Shown here piece by piece: positions 12,210 through 26,074 of a stretch of 64,000 bases of DNA (position 1 is the stretch's first letter; each line of letters starts with the position of its first letter). The position numbers and the translations under genes were made by a program. The notes beneath the pieces are model-generated. The model did no database searches, had not been told where the DNA came from, and saw only the letters and a list, made by a program, of their open reading frames with translations. Source of the stretch: Rhynchobatus australiae (Eukaryota); the NCBI GenBank assembly GCA_034780895.1, contig JAUZTB010000068.1, forward strand, positions 6,395,243 to 6,459,242, in the 5' to 3' direction.

Positions 12210-13739
12210 TTTAGCCTTCCACTGCTCAGGTAAATAGACCATGCATGTTTTTTTATTTTTACTTCAACATCTACAACCACTCAAACCAAGAAGCGTAGAA
12301 GTCCAATTGATCATAAAATTCTGCTCTTGGTCATATAATCTTACTCATTAAAACACCAGAAGTATAAACATGTCATCAAAACATGGGCATTAATGTTACA
12401 AGCCCAAGGAAGGCATCAATGACTCAAATTTTACTGACTCATTGGAAATGCAATAGATCACATCTCAATTATCAATGTGAACATTACAAGGGTGGCCAAA
12501 CTAATACTTACAGTTCAAATGTGGCTCTCGGGTACTCTGTAACTATGGTACGCACAAAGTGGATTGTGTTCACAAGGATACGATGTACAAATCTCAAGGA
12601 AAAGAAAGGTGTGTGGGTGAGGTGGGGCAGGTTGATAAATGTACTCATTGCCTACATTGTTGTTGCTCCTGCTCTCTGAGCACTTCAATCAATATCCCTT
12701 TACCTGGATCCTTTATACTTGCGAGGCAAACAAAAGGACACAAGTTGGATCCCAATGCAAACACAGCTTTATTCACATACACATTAACTTATACTCTAGC
12801 TATGTGTCCGAGTCCCAAACACAATCCATTCCACTTGGGGCTAGTCAGAGGAGCCTTCATTGGGCTCCCGAAGTCCAGGGGTCTCTACTCTTCACCGAGA
12901 TTGGTCTCTCCTGCCTCAGGTGGTGCTGATGCCACCTTTGCTCCCTTGGTTGGAGCCCTCAGAGTTGGTTCTCATTGGCTGCTGTCGAGGTGCTTCACTG
13001 CTGAACACCAGGGCGCAGTTATCGGTCACTCCCCTGGCTGGCTGTGGGGGTTTGTTATACCCCTGCTGCAGCCTTCCAGAAACTTCTCTTGGCTTGACCA
13101 ATTGGATGGCAAGGTATGAGGACCCTTGCTGGTCACTTCAAAGGATAATGAGCTTGGGGGAAAGCTTTGAATGCAACCCTCCAAATAAGAGGCTCCGTTC
13201 CATCCAGTTCTCTATTGTTTCTCTTTCCTTGGACTGATACCTACGTTCAATATTCAATCACTAATCAATGGACCCGCATGTGTTCAGTAACATCCATTCT
13301 TCCATAGTATCACTAACCTGAGTCCAGACTGAATGTTTGGCCTGGCTGGTTTTGTGGATTTGGATCTTCCACTTGTCTAAGATCAGCTTGGATGACCTTC
13401 CCATTTCTCCACAGATGCTGCCTGGCCTGCTGAGTTCCCCCAGCATCATCATGATTTTCCATCCAGATCCCAACATCTTCAGTCCTTGGGTTCTCATGAC
13501 TCCCAGCTCCGTTTCAGGGAGCAGCTTGGCCACATTGTCCTGATGGCTTCCTTTACAAATTGGGCAGATTTCTTTAAAAAAAAAATCAACATTACATTAC
13601 GTGTCTATCCACAGCTAAATTTGCTTTAATGTGCAAACACCAAGTGTCGCTCACTTTATGCTGATTCTACTTTTCCCTGGTAATGTGGAGGATGGGGGTG
13701 GTCGCGATATCACAGAACATTCCATTCAGTTGGACCATG

Positions 13740-14167
13740 CTGTACCACACGTCCCTCGTTGAAGTTTGACTTATCGTCAAAAGGTGTTTCTCAACATTGT
13801 GTTACACATAATATTCTGGAAATGTTGTGGGAGAAGGACAGTGGATTCTGCGGGATGGTTCCCTGAGCAGACAGTCACTTGTTTGGCAGAATGCCTCAGC
13901 ACCAGAGCTTACAAACACTAAGACCTCACTTGGCTGGTGGTGAGATGATCCCTCCTAGTCAGATCCTTCAGCCGGAGTCTGAGTCCACTGCATGTTGCCT
14001 ACAAGGTGACTGTGTTGCAGATGAGACCATTATCTACTTGTGGACTGTGAGAATGCCAAGATGACTTTTAAAGGGATGAAGGATTTTTATTGAGGTTCAT
14101 CCCAAGCAGCTGCACAACTCAAGACTCTGTACTTTATGGGCTGTTTCCAAGGACACACACACAGACA
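13740..14167 (+). mobile_element. L1/Tx1-clade LINE ORF2 C-terminal (zinc-knuckle) fragment, decayed
   Basis: Frameshifted translation gives WQNASAPELTN..., CLQGDCVADETIIYL and RFIPSSCTTQDSVLYGLFPRTHTQT, which resemble the Tx1 ORF2 C-terminus. Confidence 0.6.
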
Positions 14168-14767
14168 NNNNNNNNNNNNNNNNNNNNNNNNNNNNNNNNN
14201 NNNNNNNNNNNNNNNNNNNNNNNNNNNNNNNNNNNNNNNNNNNNNNNNNNNNNNNNNNNNNNNNNNNNNNNNNNNNNNNNNNNNNNNNNNNNNNNNNNNN
14301 NNNNNNNNNNNNNNNNNNNNNNNNNNNNNNNNNNNNNNNNNNNNNNNNNNNNNNNNNNNNNNNNNNNNNNNNNNNNNNNNNNNNNNNNNNNNNNNNNNNN
14401 NNNNNNNNNNNNNNNNNNNNNNNNNNNNNNNNNNNNNNNNNNNNNNNNNNNNNNNNNNNNNNNNNNNNNNNNNNNNNNNNNNNNNNNNNNNNNNNNNNNN
14501 NNNNNNNNNNNNNNNNNNNNNNNNNNNNNNNNNNNNNNNNNNNNNNNNNNNNNNNNNNNNNNNNNNNNNNNNNNNNNNNNNNNNNNNNNNNNNNNNNNNN
14601 NNNNNNNNNNNNNNNNNNNNNNNNNNNNNNNNNNNNNNNNNNNNNNNNNNNNNNNNNNNNNNNNNNNNNNNNNNNNNNNNNNNNNNNNNNNNNNNNNNNN
14701 NNNNNNNNNNNNNNNNNNNNNNNNNNNNNNNNNNNNNNNNNNNNNNNNNNNNNNNNNNNNNNNNNNN

Positions 14768-15225
14768 TCAGAGTCCATCTCATTGTATAAGGGAACCGTT
14801 CAATAGTCTTATCACAGTGGGGTAGAAGCTGTCCTTAAGTCTGGCGGTACGTGCCCTCAGACTCCTTATCTTCTACCTGATGGAAGAGGAGAGAAGGGAG
14901 ACTGACCTGGGTGGGGTCTTTGTCTTTACCTCTCGTTGCCTTGGTGAAGCAATCAGCATAGTCAGAGTCCAAGGAGGGGAGGCTGGTGTCCGTGATGCAC
15001 TGGGCTGCGTCCACAACTCTCTGCAGTCCCTTGCAGTCCTGGGCAGAGCAGTTGCCATACCAAGCCGTGATACATCCAGATAGGATGCTTTCTATAGTGC
15101 ATCGATAAAAGGTGAGTGTCAAAGGAGACAAACTGAATTTCTTTAGCTTCCTGAGGAAGTAGAGGCACTGGTGAGCTTTCTTGGCCATGGCATCTATGTG
15201 ATTTGACCAGGACAGGCTATGTAAA
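14768..15225 (-). mobile_element. Rex1/Babar-like LINE fragment
   Basis: ORF 14835-15278 (-): LSWSNHIDAMAKKAHQCLYFLRKLKKFSLSPLTLTFYRCTIESILSGCITAWYGNCSAQD. Confidence 0.8.
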
Positions 15226-15389
15226 TACTGTAAGCAAATACATTGATACACTAGCTGAGAATGATGACAGAGGAACATCTAATTTTGTACCCAATTTGCA
15301 ATTATGAATGAAGTAATTTTGGGGGGAGGGGGGGAATAGCAGATCAGAGGGTCAATGACATCCAGTGCATATTGCCCTTCAACACTGAT

Positions 15390-15610
15390 AGATAAAAGGC
15401 CTGGACAGAGTGGACGTTTCCATCAGTAAGAGTCTAGGATCCAACAGCACGGCCTCAGAATAAAGGGATGTCCTTTCAGAACTGAGATGAGGAGGAATCT
15501 CTTCAGCCAGAGGGTGGTGAATCTGTGGGATTCGTTGCCACAGAGGGCTGTGGAGGCCAATTCATTGGGTGTATTTAAGGCAAGATTGATAGGTTCTTGA
15601 TTGGTAATGA
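15390..15610 (+). mobile_element. CR1 LINE fragment
   Basis: gagatgaggaggaatctcttcagccagagggtggtgaatctgtgg, the CR1 'RNFFSQRVVNLWNSLP' motif. Confidence 0.75.
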
Positions 15611-15979
15611 ACTGTAAAGTCTTTCATTTTAAAGATCGGAATAGCCTCCTGAAGCTGAATTAAGGAGAGACAATTAAAATAATGTCTAAACAGTCTGCAG
15701 ACACTAATTTCTCCATTCAGTCAAGGAAGCTGAAAGGACAGTTGAAGCTAGTTTCTTAATTTGATGATATGTTCCTCATGCTAGATACTCACACTTTGAT
15801 AGAGGATTTTAATGAAGATACTGTGGATGGCTGCAGTTTTAAATCAAAGGTTCACAACTGATTAAAGCAAATTCTAAATTTCCAAAAGACAAAATTAGCA
15901 ATTCCCCCAACTCTGGAAGTGGCTCGATGGACCCCATGAGTGTGCAGTAATAAAGTAAAATGTTGAACATATGCAACTC

Positions 15980-16450
15980 CATGTGCAGTTTTGGTCACCC
16001 TTTTGTAAGAAAGATGTAATTTAAAGAATGCAGGAAATATTCACCAGGATGGTGCCTGGACTGGGGGGGCCTGAGTTATAAGGAGAGGTTGCGTGGACAA
16101 GGACCTTATCCCCAGGAACGTAGGAGTTTGAGGGGGTAACATGATAGAGGTATGCAAGATCACAAGGGGCAAAGACAAGGTGAAAGCACACAGTCTTTTT
16201 TTCCCCCCAGGGAGGGGGTGCTAAAAACAAGAGGGCATAGGTTTAAGATCANNNNNNNNNNNNNNNNNNNNNNNNNNNNNNNNNNNNNNNNNNNNNNNNN
16301 NNNNNNNNNNNNNNNNNNNNNNNNNNNNNNNNNNNNNNNNNNNNNNNNNNNGTGGGACTTCAGGCTTCTGTACCTCCTGCCCGATGGGAGCTGTGAGAAG
16401 ATGGCACGGCCCGGATGGTGGGGATCTTGATGATGCATGTTGCCTTCTTG
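15980..16450. mobile_element. CR1 fragment (+) and Rex1-like fragment (-) separated by a gap
   Basis: gtgcagttttggtcaccc and KTRGHRFKI before the gap; IIKxPHHPGRAIFSQLPSGRRYRSLK after it. Confidence 0.65.
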
Positions 16451-16999
16451 AGGAGAAGGAGGAGGAGAAGAAAAAGGGAAAGCAAAAGAAGGAGAAGATA
16501 GATTAACAAAAACAACAGCACCTGAATAAGTGCTCTGAGACCAAATACACAGAAAATCATTTTTCAATGGTGTGGCATTTGCAAATCAAAGTGCGTATCT
16601 GACATGGAATCTTCTTTGCAACTTCTTTGTGCAAACTGAGAAGCTTTCCAAAGTAAAATAAAACACTGGCCTCCACATGACATGCACCTGTAGGATAAAA
16701 TTCTTAAAGCACCAGATGATGTGTTATGAAATTCACCTTTAGAGAACTGAGCATGCTCTCATAAAACTGACAAAGGTGCAGAGAGTGGAATTTCCCACTC
16801 ACAGGACAGTACACAGAAAGCAAAATATGTTCACCCTCCAGAAATGCAATTTTTTTTGCAAAAGGAAAACATCAAAGAAGGATAAATTAGAATTGTCAGT
16901 CCTGTTCTATTTACAAAGTGGGCCTGTTCGAGATGATGGCCAGTTGACAGTTCCGTGGAGAAGCAAGAGATAACTACAGTGGATGTGTCTTGTACTGTG

Positions 17000-17470
17000 C
17001 ACAAACAGAGATATACCAGGATGTTGCCTGGATTTGGGGGCTTGACTTACAAAGAGAAGTTGTGTAAACCAGGACTTTATTCCCTGGAACGTGGGAGATT
17101 GAGAGGGGACCTGACATAAGACCATGAGGGGCACAGACAGGGTAAAAGCATAGAGTGTTTTTTCCCAGGGAAGGGGCACAAAAGACTAGGGGTCATAGGT
17201 TTAAGATTAGAGGCGAGAGATTTAAAAGGGACATCAGAGGCAGCTTCTTCACGCAAAGGGTGGTGCGTATTTGGAACGAGCTGCCAGAAATAGTGGTTGA
17301 GGGGGCACATTAGCAACATTTAAAAACCATCTAGATGAGTTCATGGATAGGAGAGGTTTAGAGGGTTCTGGGCCAAACGTGGGCAGATGGGACTAGCTCG
17401 TTGGGCAACACAATCAGCATGGACAGGTTGGGCCAAAGGGACCCCTTTCCATGCTGTTATGACTATGACT
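17000..17470 (+). mobile_element. CR1 LINE 3' fragment
   Basis: agactaggggtcataggtttaag, cttcttcacgcaaagggtggtgcgtatttggaacgagctgccag, and a CR1 3' tail. Confidence 0.8.
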
Positions 17471-18284
17471 CAGAGCTGATAGGTTTGGCCACCCCCATTA
17501 CATAACGTAACACTGGTATGAAGCCTTTTGAGATCCAGAGTAAGGCAAATTATCCAGAATATCAGAATCATACTGTAAATTTCAGCCACTGAAAACCACT
17601 CTCTCAATCATGTCCACACTTTTAAAAGGAGGTAAACTGACAGCACTTTCAACTCTCAGGCCACAGCTTCTCACGTTATGTCATGATACAGATTTTTTTT
17701 AAAGATAATTTTCACTTCCATGCAGAACCCACACCGCGCAGGGAGAGAACGGCTTTCTTCAACTTCCCTCCCTGGGCAGTTCAATTCTCTTCAGCTGTTT
17801 CCTGGGCCAGGAACAGAGGGGATTCCCAAACTCTGATCACTTCAGCAGATGTGGCTGCAAAATTCAGAGGTTAAACACACACCCTGTGCTCATAACCCGG
17901 CATCAGCTGGCCTCTGGGCACAGAGATAAGCGATGGTTTCTTGGGAGGTGGTCAGCTGATGTTCTACAAGCTGTAGTTCAACAGGACCGAAGGCCAGCAA
18001 AATAATAACTATGTTATGTTCCTTTTTAAAATACCAAGTTAGAGGTTATATATAGTATTTTAGAACATTTAACAGTTATATATAGTAAAAAATATAATGT
18101 TTTCATGTACTTTCTGGCAACTTACTTTATTGCTCTTGCATCCGCATTTACTCTAAAAGTTGCCTCTAAACTTATCCCACCTCCTCCCTCTAAACCGCAC
18201 CCCCCCCCCCTTACCTCCACATCCCATCATGAAGCCATTGAACAAACAGCGGCGAAAGGATTTAATGGGCTTAGTTTTGGAGAG

Positions 18285-18730
18285 TCACACGAGATGCTGG
18301 AGGAACTCAGCGGGTCAGGCAGCATCTATGGAGGGAAATGGACAGTTGATGTTTTGGGTCAAGNNNNNNNNNNNNNNNNNNNNNNNNNNNNNNNNNNNNN
18401 NNNNNNNNNNNNNNNNNNNNNNNNNNNNNNNNNNNNNNNNNNNNNNNNNNNNNNNNNNNNNNNCAGCATCTATGGAGGGAAATGGACAGTTGATGTTTTG
18501 GGTCAAGACCCTTCATCTAGACTGATGGAGGGATAATGAGCTCTAGCTCCACCCCTTCCCCCTTCTAATGCTGACCATCTCCCTTGTATCTTTCAATCCC
18601 GGTGAAAGATCTCAACCTGAAACGTCAACTGTCCATTTCCCTCCACAGATGCTGCCTGACCCACTGATTTCCTTCAGCATCTGGTGTGTTCCACCAGGTT
18701 CCAGCATCTGCAGTCTCTTGTGTCTCCATT
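18285..18730. repeat. Inverted pair of a Penelope-like/SINE terminal repeat
   Basis: gatgctggaggaactcagcgggtcaggcagcatc on the left and its reverse complement gatgctgcctgacccactgatttccttcagcatc on the right. The motif recurs at about 5550, 7560, 8930, 13410, 47170, 53110 and 61700. Confidence 0.55.
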
Positions 18731-20793
18731 AGTACTGGAAAATGCCTTCAGAACATTACAGCAAGCCTAGAGGGAAGGAATGCTTGACTTTAAAAGCCGA
18801 CTTTGATGCAATTACTCCCCCCTTCTCTGAAACTGATTCGCCTACAACTTAGTCTCTCTATTTGCTGTATGGAAAGCCATGGGAAATGAGTATATGGAAG
18901 CTTTATACAATCCTATTCTAATGAACTAAACTAATGGAATGCCTGTTTAAATATTAGGCTGATAATAAGATATTTGGATTTTAAGAAAAAATATGGATCT
19001 TCAAAAGTGCATTAAAACTCATTGGTATGCATCACCCCAGTTCCCAGGTTGGAAGGAGGAAATCAGATTCACTTGCAAAATAGCACCAGATGTTAAATTA
19101 ATTTTAATCTCATTAAACCAGGTTAGCCGTCCATCCTTAATGTGAAGCCTGACTGGACTTTGGTGACACATGTATGTGAAAAAAAAACATCAAAATAAAG
19201 CTTGAGAAAATGCAGTCCCATAAATAAGTGAAAATTCACTTGGGGGGAAGAAAAGCTTTTTCATCACCCTCTTTTGGATGCATGAGCTTGTTCCAAGAAT
19301 TAGCAGCGAGGAATCACTCTTGCCTGATGGCACGTAACAGAAATTCAGAAAATCCTTTGGCTATGATTTTCACAGAAAATTGCAGGCGGCAGCACACTTG
19401 CCATCTTTGGATATGTACTGCAGCAAGTGTTCGACACTCTTCACTAGCACCAGGAGGGAAAATAGCCTCCAGCTTCATCACAAATTACAGCACAGATCGA
19501 AGGCCATTCAATCCACCAGGTCTGTGCCAATGATTACTTCCCTGCTCTTCAACAACCTCCACTTCATTCTTAAATACTTATCTTTACCAACTACTTCACC
19601 AGCAATATTTCGTAGTCTGCTTTCCTGCAATACCTTTTCCATATCTGCCTCAATATTCCAACTGAGATTCTACCAATATTTTGCAAAAAGTCAGCTTCAG
19701 CTTGCTTTCAAATTTAATGCTTGGGTACAAAACTTAGATTTCTTCCACTTTTGTTCCCGAATTCCAACCTTTAAAATATTTGTGCAAACTCACCTTGATT
19801 TTTTTGCCCAACTAAATGATAGCAGAAAGAGTTTAAACGCACTACCTGACATTATCCGTTATTGAACTGTAACTGCCACCTATTTGTCCAGTTAATATAC
19901 AAACCATCTGTAATCAGATTTATCTGTAGCATGTTTCCATAATTATGCACTTAGCTATGCATCAAAGGCAGAGATCACTGCAACATACACTCAATGACAT
20001 CTACAATTTTATTTTCAATTATTGCAGCTTACATTTCCTTTGGAACCATTAATATTACGTTTTGCATCAAGTTGTGGCCTCTGGTCTCTACTGTACATCT
20101 ACACAGAGCCATTGAACTTCACAGCATTGAAGGAAGCTATTCAGCCAATTGAGTTCACACTGGCTCTGTATAAAAGCAATGCAATGTGTTTCCCTCACCC
20201 ACTTTCNNNNNNNNNNNNNNNNNNNNNNNNNNNNNNNNNNNNNNNNNNNNNNNNNNNNNNNNNNNNNNNNNNNNNNNNNNNNNNNNNNNNNNNNNNNNNN
20301 NNNNNNNNNNNNNNNNNNNNNNNNNNNNNNNNNNNNNNNNNNNNNNNNNNNNNNNNNNNNNNNNNNNNNNNNNNNNNNNNNNNNNNNNNNNNNNNNNNNN
20401 NNNNNNNNNNNNNNNNNNNNNNNNNNNNNNNNNNNNNNNNNNNNNNNNNNNNNNNNNNNNNNNNNNNNNNNNNNNNNNNNNNNNNNNNNNNNNNNNNNNN
20501 NNNNNNNNNNNNNNNNNNNNNNNNNNNNNNNNNNNNNNNNNNNNNNNNNNNNNNNNNNNNNNNNNNNNNNNNNNNNNNNNNNNNNNNNNNNNNNNNNNNN
20601 NNNNNNNNNNNNNNNNNNNNNNNNNNNNNNNNNNNNNNNNNNNNNNNNNNNNNNNNNNNNNNNNNNNNNNNNNNNNNNNNNNNNNNNNNNNNNNNNNNNN
20701 NNNNNNNNNNNNNNNNNNNNNNNNNNNNNNNNNNNNNNNNNNNNNNNNNNNNNNNNNNNNNNNNNNNNNNNNNNNNNNNNNNNNNNNNNNNNN

Positions 20794-21270
20794 CCAATCA
20801 AGAACCTGTCAATCTCTGCCTTAAATACACCCAGTGACTTGGCCTCCACAGCCCTCTGTGGCAACGAATTCCACTGAGTCACCATCCTCTGGCTGAAATT
20901 CCTCATCTCAGTTCTAAAGGGATGTCCCTTTATTTCTGAGGCTGTGCCCTCAGATCATGGACTCTCCTACTGATGGAAACATCCTCTCCACATCCACTTT
21001 ATCTAAGCCTTTGAGTATTCAGTTGGTTTCAATGAGATGCCCCCTCATCCTTCTGAACCCCATTGAGTACAGGCCCAGAGACATCAAACACTCCTCATAC
21101 AAGCCTTTCATTCCCAGGACCATTCTTGTGAATCTCATCTGGACCAGGCACATTTTTCCTTAGATACAGGGGCCCAAAATTGCTCACAATATTCCAAATG
21201 CAGTCTGACCAACACTTTATAAAGCCTCAGCAGTACATGCTTGCTTTTATATTCCAGTCCTCTCAAAGCG
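20794..21270 (-). mobile_element. CR1 LINE fragment
   Basis: ORF: MRNFSQRMVTQWNSLPQRAVEAKSLGVFKAEIDRFLI. Confidence 0.8.
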
Positions 21271-21909
21271 GACACATATGCACAGGTGCAATGAAAAACT
21301 TACTTGCATATCTGATGCTATTGTGCCTGTGATGCTGCTGCAACATTCACAAAAACACTGAATGTAAATTAATACCTTCTTTCTTGCAAAGAAAAAGTAC
21401 ACAATTAAAACAAAAACAAACCAAAATCTATAGCAGTGCAAAGTGGTCAGTGTTGCTAATACTAGGTAGTGATTAGGGTTCTCAATCTCAACTACGCCCA
21501 GGTACACCAAGATCACTGCTACTGTACACCTTTTAGAATTATACCATTTATATTGCCTCTTATTCTTCCCATCTCAAGATATTTCTCAACATTTAATTTC
21601 CATCTGCCTATTCCACTAGCTTCTCTCCCCATGCAAGTCTCTTACCAACATCCCCATTGTTCATCCCATCTCCCAAGCCTTGTGACACTTACTGAGATCA
21701 TTTGAATTTCACCTCATCTGAATGTTGTCCAACACTACAAAAGTGGTTAGATACCGCAAGTCTTGAAAGGTATTGCACAAATGCAACCTTTTTCAGTATA
21801 TTTGTTCACCTTTTAACCTTTCAAGACATCAAGTTTGAAAAGTTTTATTTTCCCATCCCCTCCATTCAACCCTTTGTGCCCGAATTTAAATACTACTTTC
21901 TGTGGAGGG

Positions 21910-22280
21910 GGGGAGGCTGAGGGGAGATCTGATAGGTGTTTAAGATTATGAGAAGCATAGATAGAAAGCCAGTATCTTTATTCCAGGGTTGAAATGTTTA
22001 ATACTAGAGGGAATGCATTTAAGGTGAGAGGGGGTAAGTTCAAAGGAGATGTGTGGGGCTAATTTTTTTTTGAAGAAAGAGTGGTGGGTGCCTGAATGGT
22101 GGCAAAGGCAAATACGATAGGGCATTCAAGAAGCTCTTAGATAGGCATACGAATGTGTGGGAAATGGAAGGTCATTGCGTAGGCAAAAGGAATTAGTTTA
22201 GTTGGGCATTTGATCACTAATTTAATTAGTTCGGCACAACTTTGTGGACGAAAAGGCCTTTTCCTGTGTTCTACTGTTCT
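21910..22280 (+). mobile_element. CR1 LINE 3' fragment
   Basis: aggctgaggggagatctgatag...actagagggaatgcatttaaggtgagagg. Inverse of the subfamily at 2400-3175. Confidence 0.7.
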
Positions 22281-22609
22281 GTGTATACATTCAGGTAGGT
22301 TCTGATACAGGGGGATTAGTTGGAGAATCTTATGGCCCGTCATTTCTAGAGAACTGGGAGTTTGGGACTCCTACACAAAGCATACACAGGTCTCAAATTT
22401 CCCAAATCTGTATTTGACATGATGATCTGTACTCTGCATGAGACTCATGGAGGTGTCCAATAGTGTGACATGAACTTTGAGCAATTCCTCACCAGTTATA
22501 GGGTACTCTGCCTGCTAGACACTGGCAAAGTTTTATTTGTTTAATGGAGTAGAATAGCTGCAAGAGGTTGAAATACATACAAACAATTTTTTAAAAATTG
22601 TATTCAGTC

Positions 22610-23270
22610 AGAGTCATAACACACAGAAACAGAACCTTTGGCCCAACTGGTCCATGCCAACCAAGATTCCCATCCAAGCTAATCCCAGTTATCAGTGTTT
22701 GGCCCATAACCTTCTATACTTTTCCTATCCATGTACTTGCCTCAACCATTCCCTCCGGCAGCTCATTCCATATAGGGATAACCCCGTGCAAAAAAAAGTT
22801 CCCATTAAATCTTTCCCTCTCACCTTAAACCTGTGCCCTCTAGTTCTGGATTCCCCAACCCTGGGAAAATGACCGAGTGCATTCACCCAATCAATACCAC
22901 CCATGATTTTATAAACCTCAGATCACCTCTCACTCTCCTACACTTCAGAAGCAAAAAGTCCCAGCCTGTCTAACCTCTCCCTGGAACTCAATCCCCTGAA
23001 TGAATCCTGGCAACATTCTTATTCCTCAACTGATCAAGATCCCCTTTTTGATAAATTTTTGATAGCCTTCTTCACTATACCACATATTTTAGTGTCATCT
23101 GCAAACTTAACAACCACGCCTTGCGCGTTCTTATCCAAATCATTTATATAAATAATGAACAAAGCTCCTGGCACTGATCACTGTAGCACACTGGTACTCA
23201 CAGGCTTCCAGTCTGAGAAACAACATTCCACCATCACTTTCTGCTTTCTACCATCAAGCCAGTTGTGTAT
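22610..23270 (-). mobile_element. CR1 LINE fragments
   Basis: Tail shared with 1290-1990, plus gtgtcatctgcaaactt (KFADD RT motif on the minus strand). Confidence 0.7.
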
Positions 23271-24909
23271 CTAATTTACTTAAATATCTCTGGTGGCTTT
23301 CATTTAAAAATGTAGTTTGATTTATAATTAAACGTGAGATATTCTGAAACCTTCAAAGGAGTTTGACAGCTGGCGAAGAAGCTGACATCTCTCCCCCCCC
23401 CAGTGTTTCTATGCCATTCTTAACTTGCAATGGGATTTTTTTGGCCAATTTTTTTTTTAATGCTTTCCAAAAGGTGCAATGGTATCTTATGGAAGGCTTG
23501 AAATGATTCCAGATTCCATTCATACCGAGAGCCATTTCCAAAAAAAAAAGCCATCAGGGACTTTTAATGAAATCTCAGCAATCCAGACCAATACTAGCAA
23601 GCCTTGATGAGCATGTTATGTCAAAACTGAAGTGTTTCTTTAATAACATTCAAGAGTGGTTTGCATCATGCATTGCCTTAGTAGACCACAGACTTTCACT
23701 CCAACTAAAATTCCGACAAACTATTGGCAGGCTGAGCTCTTTACTTCAATGGTAATGATCGCCAGGTGGAAAACAGCTGCCATCATTTTGTAGCATATTG
23801 TGAACATCAGCTCATCGAGAGCTGGTGGCCATGGAGGATACTGGGAGAAAAGTTCAATAGAAACACTTAATTTAATCCACCATCTTAAAAGAAACTGCAG
23901 TATTCACATGGCGGTATTCTTTTGAGCAAATTGAGATTTAAAATTTACTATTTTGTAATTTCTTTAAACTGACATTTGCCATTTTAATTCTCAGGGGAAA
24001 AGAAGTTGGCCAGTTAGGTGATCCAGAATTGATTGATAATACAAGGATTTTCTCAAAAGGCAACAGTGTGGGAGAATTACCGCCAAAGAAACATANNNNN
24101 NNNNNNNNNNNNNNNNNNNNNNNNNNNNNNNNNNNNNNNNNNNNNNNNNNNNNNNNNNNNNNNNNNNNNNNNNNNNNNNNNNNNNNNNNNNNNNNNNNNN
24201 NNNNNNNNNNNNNNNNNNNNNGAAGAGATGGCAGTTCAAGCCTGCTTTACTGTTCAATATGACCAGGGCTGATCATCCATCTCAATACCATATACCCACT
24301 CTAGTTGCATCTAGAAATCTATCCACCTGCTTCTTAAATACATCAGTGACTTGGCCTCCACTGGACTGTGGTAGAGAATTTTTATAGGCTCACACTTGTG
24401 TGTGAAAACATTTCTCACCCAAGTAAATCCTTATCCTGCATCATGGGATTTGATGCCACTGTTGGAACAAACATCCTTGCCACAACCAGTCTGTCTCCTG
24501 GCAGGATTTTGTACGTGTCAATGAAACCCCCTCTCACTCTAGAAAACACAGGGCCAGTGAATCTAATCTCTCCACATTCATCAACCCTGCCATCTCTGGA
24601 ATCAGACTAATGAACCTTTACTGTACTTCTTCTATGGCAAGTACGTTTCTCCTTAGATGGGGATTCTAAACTCACTGTGGCATTGTATAGATGTGGCAAG
24701 GCATCCTTGCTCTTGTGTTCAAACTTCTTGCATTGAAGAGTAATGTACCATCTTAATCACTGGATGCACCTGCACGTCTGCTTTTGGAGATTTGCGTACA
24801 AGAACACTCATGTCAGTATGTTCAATATTTCCCAACCAATCCAAATACTCTCCCTTCGTATCCACTTAATACTCCACCCAACACATTTGACCATTCAACT
24901 TGTGTACTT

Positions 24910-25240
24910 GTTCTCCCCCTTCACATCAGGCAGAAGATACAAAAGCCTGAAAGTACCACCAGGCTCAAGGACAGCTTCTATCCCGCTGTTATAAGACTAT
25001 TGAATGGTTTCCTAGTACAAATAAGATGGACTCTCAACCTCAGTCTACTTCGTTATGACCTGGCACCTCACTGTCTACTTGTACTGCACTCTCTGTAGCT
25101 GTTACACTTTATTCTGCACTCTTATCGTTTTACCTTGTACTACCTCAATGCACTGTGTAATGAATTGATCTGTATGAACCGTATGCAAGGTTTTCACAGA
25201 ACCTCAGGACATGTAACAGTAAGAAACCAATTCCAATTGC
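24910..25240 (+). mobile_element. Rex1-like LINE 3' fragment
   Basis: SGRRYKSLK...TTRLKDSFYPAVIRLLN followed by the family tail. Confidence 0.7.
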
Positions 25241-26074
25241 CTCAAAGCTTTTAATTGCATCCTCCTTCAACTGCATCTAATCTCATGTTGTAAGCGAACT
25301 ATTACATGGGCATAATGAGCAGGTGGGACGCAAGCACTGCTTTAAATATCCAGCCAGTCATCACCTGACATCCCAAGAAAGCCACATTTATTCCTACAAT
25401 CCCCTGACTGCCAATCAATATACAGTGCCAAGAGGATTCTTGAGAAAGCAAATGGTTACAGCTATTCTTCCCAGAAGATGCAAATGAGAGAAAACAAAGG
25501 TCAGGAATACATTTGGAGCTGACACTCTCTATTGTTCCGTCACCAACTTCAATACAATACACACAGCTACACTTTCTTAAACCATCTCCTCTTAAAGGGG
25601 ATGATATGGGATTCGACCCTGTCCACTCCTTGGTCACCAGTAATATGAAGAACTATACATCCATTGAACCAGTAACCTAAAAAATGATTAAACCTTTGAA
25701 ATCTGATCCTGTCAACTTGCACGAGAGTTAAAAGGGAAAGCACAAATGCTGGTGAAAGAAACCAGCCTCCAAGTTCGAGGATCTAAGCATCAAAACCTTT
25801 CTACAAATCTGAGTGCAGGTTATGGAAAAGTTATTCAGACTAATAGCTCAGGAAACTGAACAAATGTAGAAAAACAAAGTATCTAGGAAGTTGGACAGTT
25901 AAGAAAGGAACTAGATTTGGGAGCAATGTTGAAAAACAATGAAGGCCTCATGTCAATAATACTTTAACCAATTTGAGGCCCTTTGGATTAAGTTACTTTT
26001 GCCATTATACCATAGTATCAGCAAATGGAATCAATGTACGTAAAACACATTGAAATTTAGCTCAAAAGACAGAT

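Noticed and set aside
12540-13240. 186-aa ORF (12559-13119) and LTR-like features (minus-strand AATAAA, TATA-like and CCAAT motifs)
   Set aside because: No recognisable protein, and I could not find matching TG..CA ends with a TSD. Possibly an old LTR but unsupported.
14090-14825. Long ORFs here and at about 20000-20900, 53400-53970 and 61735-62356
   Set aside because: Artefacts of translating through N gaps.
17780-17960. NF-kB-like GGGGATTCCC (17818-17827) with several CAGCTG E-boxes
   Set aside because: Isolated short motifs with no conservation evidence; compatible with chance.
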